Origin: Candidatus Buchananbacteria bacterium
Lineage (GTDB): Bacteria > Patescibacteriota > Patescibacteriia > Buchananbacterales > UBA6539
Length of the DNA stretch: 64,000 bases
Assembly: GCA_041663485.1 (NCBI GenBank)
Contig: JBAYMO010000001.1
Span: 11,023-75,022 of the forward strand
Direction: 5' to 3'
Shown here piece after piece: positions 49,576 through 57,972 of this stretch. The position numbers and the translations under genes are program-made. A model generated the notes under the pieces. The model saw only the letters and a program-made list of their open reading frames with translations, did not search any database and was not told the origin of the DNA. The number at the start of each line of letters is the position of its first letter. The stretch's first letter is position 1.

Positions 49576-49741
49576 TAATAAATTAACTATATTAATATAA
49601 AGGAATTTTAAGACTTTGTCAAGCCTTTTATTTGACAAATTAATATATTATTACTAAGCTTTTCGAGAAAGCACCAATGGTTGGTGCGACTGGCTCAAAA
49701 ACCACATCACAGAGGAGAGCAATAGAATAGGACAAGAAGCA

Positions 49742-50623
49742 GTGGCAATTGGTGGGAATCTTGGTGGCAGCCATTTTTCCTGCGCGGGCGTAAACGATAG
49801 CGGGACGTTACTCACAAAAGTCGAGGAAACGCCAATCAATCCGAATCAGTCGCAAGAAGAAATTCTTGGCGCCATGGCCGAACTGGTTAACGGATTGAAG
49901 TGCGAACTTGTGCAAAAAGGTTTCAAGGTTGTCGGTTTCGGCACAGGCGCGCCAGGACCGGCCAACTTTGACACCGGCGTGATTGGCGAAACACCCAACA
50001 TGCCAACCATGCGCGGCTGCCGGTTAAATGACGAGCTTTCCAACCGAACCGAACTGCCGGTCAAAAGCAACAACGACGGCAATCTTACTGTTTTTGGCGA
50101 AAGCCGACACGGAGCAGCCCGGGGCTACAAGAACGTGTTCGGTAACACGCTCGGCACGGGTTTGGGCGGCGGACTGGTCATCAATGACGAAATCTATACC
50201 GGAGAAGACTTCTCGGCCACCGAACTCGCCAAAATGCCGACCAGTGTCGGAAGCCTCGACAACAGCACCATTGAGCAACTAGTTTCGACCGGTGGTATTA
50301 TGGCCCGTTACCATAGCCTTACCGGTCAGCAAGCCGACCCGAAAGAAATTGAAGCTCTGGCTAAGGGTGGCGACAAGAAAGCTCAAAACACTTACGACTG
50401 GTTTGGCAAATGGCTCGGTTTTGAACTGGCCTGGGTTCAGGGTCTGTTGGCGCCGGATATCATGGTAATCGGCGGCAAAATCGCCAAAGGCTGGGACTTG
50501 TTCGCGCCGGCAATGTTTGCCATGCTCCAGCTTCACACCTGGAAAAAGGATGTGCTTGTCGTGCCGGCCGCGCTCGGCGAAGCCGGTCCCATTATCGGCG
50601 GCGCCTCGCTCTTTTTGGGATAA
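49742..50623 (+). CDS. ROK-family protein (divergent), solitary GC-rich cassette; true start may be ATA 49727
   Basis: GAPGP, PNMP, NNDGN...GE, TLGTGLGGG, IGGKIA. Own promoter (TTGACA 49632), hairpinned leader and terminator. Confidence 0.85.
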   Translation: MAIGGNLGGSHFSCAGVNDSGTLLTKVEETPINPNQSQEEILGAMAELVNGLKCELVQKGFKVVGFGTGAPGPANFDTGVIGETPNMPTMRGCRLNDELSNRTELPVKSNNDGNLTVFGESRHGAARGYKNVFGNTLGTGLGGGLVINDEIYTGEDFSATELAKMPTSVGSLDNSTIEQLVSTGGIMARYHSLTGQQADPKEIEALAKGGDKKAQNTYDWFGKWLGFELAWVQGLLAPDIMVIGGKIAKGWDLFAPAMFAMLQLHTWKKDVLVVPAALGEAGPIIGGASLFLG

Positions 50624-50661
50624 CACCCAATAAATTCGGAGGGGATTTGATTTTTGCTATG

Positions 50662-50693
50662 CAGTGGCGACTGATGTTTGCCACTGTTTTTTT
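50662..50693 (+). terminator. Terminator after ROK gene
   Basis: CAGTGGC/GCCACTG followed by T7. Confidence 0.75.
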
Positions 50694-50697
50694 AAAT

Positions 50698-50750
50698 TTG
50701 TGATTAAGTTTATTTTCGTTTATAATAAAAGTAGACAAAAGTGGACAAAA
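50698..50750 (+). promoter_or_regulatory. umuDC promoter with tandem 10-bp direct repeats
   Basis: TTGTGA-17-TATAAT followed by AAAAGTAGAC AAAAGTGGAC AAAA. Confidence 0.6.
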
Positions 50751-50766
50751 TATTTTTAAACAATTT

Positions 50767-51363
50767 ATGACAAAATTTTTAAAACCTAAAGACTTAGCCG
50801 AATATTTAGGCGTGAGCAAAAAAACCATTTTTCGCTACCTTGCCTCCGGCCAAATTAAGGCCATAAAAATCGGCCAATGGAAAATTGAGCCGCATGATTT
50901 TAATAAATTTTTGAAAAAAAATTTAATCACCAAGAATCGCCAGGCCGTCAAACTAATGCGCCCCCAGGCAAAAACCGCTTTTAATCTGCCGCTTTATCTT
51001 TCCCCGGTCGCCGCCGGCTTCCCCTCCCCGGCCGAAGATTTTATTGAAGACCGGCTTGATCTAAATTTATATTTAATCAAAAATCAACCGGCCACCTTTT
51101 TAGTCAAAGTCCAAGGCCATTCCATGATTGGTGCCGGTATCAATGAAGGTGATATCTTGGTAGTTGATAAATCACTGCCCAGCCAAGACGGAAAAATCGT
51201 GATCGCGGTTTTGGACGGCGAATTAACAGTTAAACGCCTGAAAAAAATAAAAAATCAACTATACTTAATGCCGGAAAACCCCGACTACCAACCAATTGAA
51301 ATTAAAAAAGAATCAGAGTTAATGATTTGGGGCGTGGTAGTTGGCGTAGTCAGAAAATTATAA
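50767..51363 (+). CDS. umuD: Excisionase-type HTH fused to UmuD (S24 autopeptidase)
   Basis: N-terminal LKPKDLAEYLGVSKKTIFRY...GQW. Then VAAGFPSPA cleavage site, GHSM Ser and TVKR Lys. Confidence 0.9.
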   Translation: MTKFLKPKDLAEYLGVSKKTIFRYLASGQIKAIKIGQWKIEPHDFNKFLKKNLITKNRQAVKLMRPQAKTAFNLPLYLSPVAAGFPSPAEDFIEDRLDLNLYLIKNQPATFLVKVQGHSMIGAGINEGDILVVDKSLPSQDGKIVIAVLDGELTVKRLKKIKNQLYLMPENPDYQPIEIKKESELMIWGVVVGVVRKL

Positions 51364-51366
51364 TAG

Positions 51367-51454
51367 ACCGATGCTAATTTACGAATGCATACGAATAATA
51401 CTAATTCAATAATATTCGCATCATTCGCATTTATTCGTATTCATTAGCATCGGT
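51367..51454. repeat. 88-bp imperfect palindrome with internal TACGAAT/ATTCG(C/T)A repeats
   Basis: ACCGATGCTAAT (51367-51378) pairs with ATTAGCATCGGT (51443-51454). Confidence 0.75.
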
Positions 51455-51471
51455 TAATAGTATCGCGAAAT

Positions 51472-52731
51472 ATGTTTGCTCTGATTGATTGCAACAATTT
51501 TTATGCTTCCTGTGAAAGACTGTTTAATCCCAAGCTGGAAAATTTCCCGGTTGTGGTTTTATCTAACAACGACGGTTGTGTTATTGCCAGATCTGAAGAA
51601 GCCAAAAAACTTGGTATTGCCATGGGCCAGCCTTATTTTGAAATCAAAAAACTAGCCGAGCAAAAACTGGTACATGTCGCCTCTTCCAATTTTTCCCTTT
51701 ACGGTGATATTTCTCAAAGAGTGATGAATATCTTGCATTATTTTATTGACGAAATAGAAATTTATTCCATTGATGAGGCCTTTATTAATTTAGACCAAAT
51801 TAAAAAATCGGATTTAACTGCTTTCGGTTTAGATATCAGAAAGACTATCAAACAGTGGACCGGCATTCCCGTTTCCATCGGTTTGGGATCAACCAAAACT
51901 TTGGCCAAAGCCGCCAGTAAAGTGGCCAAAAAACAACCTCAATTTGGCGGAGTAGTAAATTTTATTAACAACCCAGCCATTGATTCTTGGCTTGACCAGA
52001 TTGCAGTTGACGATATTTGGGGCATTGGCCGGCAATATGGCAAACTTTTAAAAAGTTTAAATATCGCCACGGCCCTGGACTTTAAAAAGCTACCGCCCGA
52101 TTGGATTAAAAAAAATCTAACCAGCGCCGGCCTGACAACCTGGCAAGAAATTAACGGCCAAGCTTTGGTTGATTTTGAAAAAGAAAAAAGTCAAGCCAAA
52201 AGCATTATCAGTTCACGATCTTTTAAGCAGCCTATTAGAGAACTTGGTGCGTTAGAAAAACTCGTTGCCAGCTACACGGCTCGCGCGGCGGAAAAACTCC
52301 GAGCTGACCGGCTCAAGGCCAAAGAAATTTCAGTTTATATCCGCACTAATCGTTTTAACCGAGAAAACTTTTATTTTAATTCGACTAAAATTAAACTGAA
52401 CCCACCGACCGATTACTCCCCCGAATTAATCACCCAAGCGCAAATAGCTTTAAAAAAAATTTTTAAACCGGGTCTGCCTTATAAAAAAGCCGGCATTAGT
52501 CTGACGCAATTGGTGGATAAAAATTGTATTCAACCGAATTTATTTGAAAATAAAAACTTAGAAAATAAAAAAGAGCGCCTGATGCGCTGCTTGGATAAAC
52601 TTAATCAAAAATTCGGATCTAAAACCATTGGCTCGGCGGCGGAAAGTTTTTGCGGCGTCAGCTTTTTGGAACAAAGTTTTAAATCTCCCAGCTACACCAC
52701 CGACTGGCAAGAATTATTACTGGTTAAGTAA
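51472..52731 (+). CDS. umuC: Y-family DNA polymerase V catalytic subunit
   Basis: [23 protein letters not shown]-terminal SPSYTTDW. Confidence 0.95.
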   Translation: MFALIDCNNFYASCERLFNPKLENFPVVVLSNNDGCVIARSEEAKKLGIAMGQPYFEIKKLAEQKLVHVASSNFSLYGDISQRVMNILHYFIDEIEIYSIDEAFINLDQIKKSDLTAFGLDIRKTIKQWTGIPVSIGLGSTKTLAKAASKVAKKQPQFGGVVNFINNPAIDSWLDQIAVDDIWGIGRQYGKLLKSLNIATALDFKKLPPDWIKKNLTSAGLTTWQEINGQALVDFEKEKSQAKSIISSRSFKQPIRELGALEKLVASYTARAAEKLRADRLKAKEISVYIRTNRFNRENFYFNSTKIKLNPPTDYSPELITQAQIALKKIFKPGLPYKKAGISLTQLVDKNCIQPNLFENKNLENKKERLMRCLDKLNQKFGSKTIGSAAESFCGVSFLEQSFKSPSYTTDWQELLLVK

Positions 52732-52732
52732 T

Positions 52733-53980
52733 TTATTTTTGCGATCGCAAAGCGTTAACCGGGTCTAAACGGGACGCGGTTAAGGCGGGAAAAACGCCAA
52801 AAACAATGCCAATAAAAAACGAGACGCCAACCGCTAAAATAATTGAGAATGGTGAAACAACAAACTTCCAGCTCAAACCCTGAGAAGTGGCGACAACGGA
52901 AATCAGAAAAGACAGCAACACGCCAAATACCAACCCCAGAATCGCGCCCAAAAGTGTAATGACAATAGCTTCCCAAAGAAACTGCCACAAAATATTTCTG
53001 CCGGTAGCGCCGAAAGATTTGCGCAAACCAATTTCATAAGTTCTTTCCGTGACGGAAACATACATGATATTCATAATCCCTACGCCGCCAACCACCAAAG
53101 AAATACCGGCGATAGCCGCTAAAAGCAAATTGATCGCGCCAAAAATCGTATTATACATATCCATGGCTTCAGCCATGCTCATAACCGCGAAATCATCTTT
53201 ATTGGGATCGGTAATGTCGTGGCGTTCACGCAAAAGTGCCACCAATTCCGCGCTAGTTTCATCCGCTAAATTTTTATCAATAGCCTCATTCATGATGTTG
53301 ACTACATAGTCCACACCCATAATCTTTTTTTGTAATGTCCGAATCGGCACGTAAACCATATTATCCAAATCAAAAAAAGCAATCGAACCGCGCTTGTTCA
53401 TAATACCGATAACCATAAATTTTTCCCGACCGATTTTTACCATCTTACCGATCGGATCCTGACTGCCAAAAAATTTATCCTTTACGGTCAAACCGATAAT
53501 GGCCAACTGCGCCAAACTCTTATCCTCTTCCTCAGTAAAAAACCTACCGGCGGCCAAACCAGTTTTATCCAAATCATTATACGAAGAGGTCGTGCCCCAA
53601 AGCATGACTTGTTTATTTTCATCTTGATACGACATAACCTGCATACCAATCAAATTGGAATAATTATTCCTAATATTTGGCACTTTTTTCATCGCCTCGG
53701 CATCATCTAAAGTCAAAGTGGTAATGGTAACGCCCTGGGCCATACTACCGGCATTCTCGGTCGAAACTTGACTGGTGTTGGGAACCTTGACCTCGACTTG
53801 GATCATGTCCGTGCCGAATTTTTCAATCTCACCGGTTACATACGACTGCAACCCGCCGCCGGCTGACATGACGGTGATTACGGCCATAATCCCAATGACA
53901 ATACCTAAAATTGTCAGAAAAGTTCTGACTTTATTTCGCTTCAAAGAAGCCAAAGCAATTTTTAACGGCTGAAGTCTCAT
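52733..53980 (-). CDS. MacB/FtsX-family ABC permease
   Basis: RTFLTILGIVIG, GGVGIMNIM, ERTYEIGLRK. Confidence 0.92.
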   Translation of the reverse strand: MRLQPLKIALASLKRNKVRTFLTILGIVIGIMAVITVMSAGGGLQSYVTGEIEKFGTDMIQVEVKVPNTSQVSTENAGSMAQGVTITTLTLDDAEAMKKVPNIRNNYSNLIGMQVMSYQDENKQVMLWGTTSSYNDLDKTGLAAGRFFTEEEDKSLAQLAIIGLTVKDKFFGSQDPIGKMVKIGREKFMVIGIMNKRGSIAFFDLDNMVYVPIRTLQKKIMGVDYVVNIMNEAIDKNLADETSAELVALLRERHDITDPNKDDFAVMSMAEAMDMYNTIFGAINLLLAAIAGISLVVGGVGIMNIMYVSVTERTYEIGLRKSFGATGRNILWQFLWEAIVITLLGAILGLVFGVLLSFLISVVATSQGLSWKFVVSPFSIILAVGVSFFIGIVFGVFPALTASRLDPVNALRSQK

Positions 53981-53989
53981 TTTGTAAGT

Positions 53990-55228
53990 TTATTCATAAC
54001 GCAAGGCGGTAATTGGATCAAGATTGGCCGCCTTATAGGCCGGATAAATCCCAAAAACCAAACCAATACTAACGGCAATACCGCAGGCTAAAACAATTGA
54101 AGAAATCGATACCACAAAATCCCATTGATAACCAAGATAGCGCGCCACCAGGGCTACCAAAGCCGAAAATAAAAAGCCCACGGCAATACCGATTATGCCC
54201 CCACCCAAAGATAAAACTATAGTTTCAACTAAAAACTGACTTAAAATATTTCCCCGGCGCGCTCCCACCGCTTTTCTCAAACCGATTTCTCTGATGCGCT
54301 CATTAACTGATACCAGCATAATATTCATAATCCCAATTCCACCAACCAATAAAGCAATGGCGGCGATAGCCGCAAGAAAAAATTTTAAAGCATTGGTTAC
54401 GCCGGTAAAGACATCCAAAGCTTGCTGCATGCTGCGCACAGAAAAATCATCAGCCACCGTACCGGTCAAATCATGCTGCTCCCGCAGTGTGGCTTTAATA
54501 TCTTGAATGGTTTCGGTAATATTATCCGATGAATCAACCTTGACGCGAATATAGCCCAAATGATTCACTCCTAAGATTATTTTCTGAGCGGTTAAAAGCG
54601 GAATAAAAATTTGATTGTCTTGGTTCTGAAAAGCGACCGAGCCGCGCTCCTTCATAACGCCAATTACGCGAAAAGTTTCGCGCTTAATTTTTACCGTTTG
54701 ACCGATAGGATCGGTGCCTTGAAATAAATCTTTAACTACTTGACTACCCAAAACCACAACCCGAGAAATTGATTTTTCTTCTTCGACGGAGAAAAATAAT
54801 CCCTGTTCCACGATGGCATCCTCAACGCTAGTATAACCGGCCGTCGTGCCGGTAAAATTAGTATCAATGCTGCGATTGCCCCAGGCAATCGTGCCGGTCC
54901 CCTTAACATAAGACGCGACCGCCAGCGCGTGAGGAACTTTTTCTTTTTTGGCAATCGCCACGGCATCGTCATATTTCAAAGTCGTAACGGTTACACCCAT
55001 AACTGATGCCGGCGGGCCTTCTTCATCGGATGCGCCCGGCAAAACCCCGATCAAATTCGAACCCATGCCTTTGATTTGATTTAAAATCAAACTTTGAGCA
55101 CCGGCACCGACGGCCATAATAATAATCACCGAAGAAATGCCAATAATCATGCCCAGCATGGTTAAAAATGTTCTCATCTTTCGGGCAATCAAGCGCGAGA
55201 TTGAAGATTTAACCGTTTCAAATATCAT
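53990..55228 (-). CDS. MacB/FtsX-family ABC permease
   Basis: RTFLTMLGMIIG, GGIGIMNIM, ERIREIGLRKAVGA. Confidence 0.92.
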   Translation of the reverse strand: MIFETVKSSISRLIARKMRTFLTMLGMIIGISSVIIIMAVGAGAQSLILNQIKGMGSNLIGVLPGASDEEGPPASVMGVTVTTLKYDDAVAIAKKEKVPHALAVASYVKGTGTIAWGNRSIDTNFTGTTAGYTSVEDAIVEQGLFFSVEEEKSISRVVVLGSQVVKDLFQGTDPIGQTVKIKRETFRVIGVMKERGSVAFQNQDNQIFIPLLTAQKIILGVNHLGYIRVKVDSSDNITETIQDIKATLREQHDLTGTVADDFSVRSMQQALDVFTGVTNALKFFLAAIAAIALLVGGIGIMNIMLVSVNERIREIGLRKAVGARRGNILSQFLVETIVLSLGGGIIGIAVGFLFSALVALVARYLGYQWDFVVSISSIVLACGIAVSIGLVFGIYPAYKAANLDPITALRYE

Positions 55229-55233
55229 AAAAA

Positions 55234-55959
55234 TTATTTTCTTAATTCGCCGTCTTTAGCCGTGCGCCGATGAACAACAACTTCATCCGCCAAAATCAAA
55301 CCGTCGCGAATTTTAATAATTCTGCGCGCGTGGTCGGCCGTGTCCTGCTCGTGAGTAACTAAAATAATAGAATGGCCGCTTTCGTTCAAATCTTCCAAAA
55401 TCGCCATGACCTGCGTGCCTGATTTTGAGTCTAAATTTCCGGTTGGCTCATCGGCAAAAATTACCTTAGGATCATTAACCAAAGCCCGAGCAATCGCCAC
55501 GCGCTGTTGTTCGCCGCCGGACAATTGATTGGATAAATGATTGATCCGATGATACAGGCCGACCGCCTTAACCGCGTCTTTGGCTTTTTCGTCCATGGCT
55601 TTAACGGAAATACCGGAGTAAATTAGGGGCAATTTCACATTTTCCAGAACCGTAGTACGCGGTAAAAGGTTGTAACTTTGAAAAACAAAACCGACTTTTT
55701 TATTGCGCAAACCGGCCAATTCGTCATCACCGAATTCCGCCACGTTGCGGCCTTCAAATTCATAAACTCCCGAAATTGGCCGATCCAAAAACCCCAAAAT
55801 ATGCATTAAAGTCGATTTGCCGGAACCGGACGGACCCATAATGGCCACGAATTCGCCGGCGGCAATTTCAAAACTGACACCGCGTAAAACACTGGTGGTT
55901 ACTTCATCGTTAATATATTCTTTTTTGATATCCGCTAATTTGATTAATGTCTGTTTCAT
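55234..55959 (-). CDS. ABC transporter ATP-binding protein (LolD/MacB-type)
   Basis: [26 protein letters not shown]. Confidence 0.95.
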   Translation of the reverse strand: MKQTLIKLADIKKEYINDEVTTSVLRGVSFEIAAGEFVAIMGPSGSGKSTLMHILGFLDRPISGVYEFEGRNVAEFGDDELAGLRNKKVGFVFQSYNLLPRTTVLENVKLPLIYSGISVKAMDEKAKDAVKAVGLYHRINHLSNQLSGGEQQRVAIARALVNDPKVIFADEPTGNLDSKSGTQVMAILEDLNESGHSIILVTHEQDTADHARRIIKIRDGLILADEVVVHRRTAKDGELRK

Positions 55960-56045
55960 AAAATTGGCTAAATTTTAAAATATTATTCTAACTTCTAAAA
56001 CTGCTAACATTTTAGCACAAATATCCCTGTCTTGCCCAATAAGAA

Positions 56046-56101
56046 AAGGGGTTAATTTGGCAGTCTCTGACTTTTTGTCATTGACTTCAAATTAACCCCT
56101 T
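56046..56101. terminator. Long hairpin downstream of the 379-aa cassette gene
   Basis: AAGGGGTTAATTTG/CAAATTAACCCCTT 14-bp stem with inner AGTC/GACT and TGAC/GTCA pairs. Confidence 0.7.
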
Positions 56102-56159
56102 GGTTTTTTTCTGCCCTCCTTTCACAAGTTGGCGAACCCAGCTCACGAAGCTCCATTCG

Positions 56160-57299
56160 TCAGCCCCTGCCGACGTTTGCGCGTTGCTTTTTGCTGCGTT
56201 TGGCCACGACCGCCTGGCCCGGCTTGACTTCTTCCAAGGCTTGCTTGGCTATCGTCGTGTCGGGTTGTTCGATGGCCACTTCGTCGTGGTGAACGGCTTC
56301 CACTTCCTGCACCTCCGTGCCCTGGGGCAGTTCCTGCGCGGGAACGTGAATGGCTTCGGGTACGGCATTGGCCGATTTCAGCGCAGCGTGTAGGGCTTCG
56401 CCTAGCTGGCCAAAGCCGCTGCCGCTGATCGCGGGCGCAGGCGCCTGAACGACCGGCTTCGGTTTGGCCGCCTTGGTCGCGGCGAACCGCTGAAGCCCCT
56501 CCCAATCCGTCTTGGTCAGGAAGGTGTAGTTGACTGCGAATAAATCGCGACCAACCTTGACCGCGATGAACTGGCAGATCGTGCGCGGCTCACTGACCAG
56601 CATGTACTCCGCGTTGGCGGAAATATGCTGCCCCCGATGAAACCCCGTTGGCACCAGAATCGAGAAGCACCGGGCCTCCCGATCCATCGAGACAAACACG
56701 CACCCCGTGCGTTCCGTCTCGATCAGACAGTAATTTCCCTCCCCGGTCGGAAAGTTGACCATGGAACCCTGAAGGGCGAGGCTGATGTTCCCGTCAACGC
56801 GACATTGCGTCAGACCGACCACCAGAATTCCATTCTTCTGGCGATAGATTTGCACAGCCGCCGCCGCATTGATTGAATCCGTCAATGCCATCTGGTAACC
56901 GGCCTGGCTGGCCTCATGGATTTTGTTCAACTCGTCGGCCTTGGCCTCGGCCGTGGCCAACATTTCCTCGATTCCGACGACACCATTATCGACGGCCATT
57001 TTCAGGCCGTCGACAGCTTTGCGCGCGACCGACAATTCGGCCGGCACATTATCCATGGCCGACTGCCAGGCCTTGTAGACACTGAGGCTGGTGGGCCTCG
57101 TGTCAAATACGGCCAACCCACTGTCTTGGTGGGTCAGGCCACACAAGGCCTGCGCGTCGCCGAACTTGACAAGCTGCAAGTTGGCCGGGTCTGACGGGAC
57201 CAAGAGCACTCGCATGCCCAGCCAGCCTTCGCCAACTGAGACCAAGCCTGCGCCGAAGTCAACTTCGACTTCCGGCCCGCACGATGGATTTGCACTCAT
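56160..57299 (-). CDS. Hypothetical protein (379 aa), GC-rich solitary cassette
   Basis: ATG 7 nt after GGAGG, coiled-coil-like middle, low-complexity C-terminus; no family recognised. Confidence 0.75.
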   Translation of the reverse strand: MSANPSCGPEVEVDFGAGLVSVGEGWLGMRVLLVPSDPANLQLVKFGDAQALCGLTHQDSGLAVFDTRPTSLSVYKAWQSAMDNVPAELSVARKAVDGLKMAVDNGVVGIEEMLATAEAKADELNKIHEASQAGYQMALTDSINAAAAVQIYRQKNGILVVGLTQCRVDGNISLALQGSMVNFPTGEGNYCLIETERTGCVFVSMDREARCFSILVPTGFHRGQHISANAEYMLVSEPRTICQFIAVKVGRDLFAVNYTFLTKTDWEGLQRFAATKAAKPKPVVQAPAPAISGSGFGQLGEALHAALKSANAVPEAIHVPAQELPQGTEVQEVEAVHHDEVAIEQPDTTIAKQALEEVKPGQAVVAKRSKKQRANVGRG

Positions 57300-57467
57300 G
57301 TCGTTTCCTCCAGATAGGTAGGTTCACGTAAAAGAAGCAACCGTTGAAAAAACCAACAGGGTTTATCAACGTTATTTCGGCAACAGGCCGAAATTCGAAC
57401 CTTGGAACAGCCAAAGTTCGAGTCAAAATTGACTTTCTACCATATCATATTATCATAAAAAAGTCAA
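57300..57467 (-). promoter_or_regulatory. Promoter and structured 5' leader with three CUGUU-loop hairpins
   Basis: TTGACT-17-TATGGT with extended TG. Hairpins at 57395-57421, 57374-57394 and 57342-57371. Confidence 0.75.
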
Positions 57468-57604
57468 CCTTGACCAAAAAATTATAGTAATTGACACTAA
57501 TTTAAAAGAATTATATGATGGCAAAGGCAATGTTTCTATTGCTATCTCTGCACCTTACCTCAAAACTATTTTACCCAACCAACATTAATCTGGAGGATGA
57601 TTAA

Positions 57605-57904
57605 ATGCCAGAAACCAATGCCATTGCTGTCATGCCGGGCAGAATTGATACAACCGGCCTCTGTTCTGCTTGTAAAAAGGATGTCTCGTTTCTTTTTCCT
57701 TTTATCGAAAATGGAGAAATTCCCCGGCCTAATTATTGCCCAAAATGCAAAACACCGTTTCGGGAAGGAGAAATTGACAGGATAATTTTGAAGTGCGGAA
57801 ACTGCGATACAAAAATCGTAGCGCCTGATGAAATTATTTACTGTACCGGTTGCGGAAAAAAAATTATTTATCCCCCAAAGGATGATGGGCAACCCAATGA
57901 CTAA
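57605..57904 (+). CDS. Double zinc-ribbon small protein, solitary cassette
   Basis: CSAC, CPKC, CGNC, CTGC. Promoter TTGACA-17-TATGAT (57491-57519), GGAGG at 57592-57596, terminator. Confidence 0.8.
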   Translation: MPETNAIAVMPGRIDTTGLCSACKKDVSFLFPFIENGEIPRPNYCPKCKTPFREGEIDRIILKCGNCDTKIVAPDEIIYCTGCGKKIIYPPKDDGQPND

Positions 57905-57972
57905 AAACGCGGTTGTCCCTTTTTATTAAACAAAAACCCCGGCTATTAACCGGGGTAAGCAGATAGATCTAC

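Noticed and set aside
50767-52731. Prophage or ICE suggested by the xis-like HTH and umuDC
   Set aside because: No integrase, att repeats or phage/conjugation genes; composition is host-like.
56100-57321. Multiple overlapping short ORFs in the GC-rich cassette, and antisense ORFs elsewhere in the track
   Set aside because: Shadow ORFs of real genes with no independent SD, promoter or motifs.
57379-57386. 8-nt complementarity between ncRNA GGCAACAG and hairpin-2 CUGUUGCC
   Set aside because: Too short to distinguish from chance, and that ncRNA segment is locked in its terminal stem.
57342-57421. Hairpin triplet as a mini CRISPR array or tRNA remnant
   Set aside because: Only the 5-nt loops repeat; there is no repeat-spacer structure, no cas genes and no cloverleaf or CCA.
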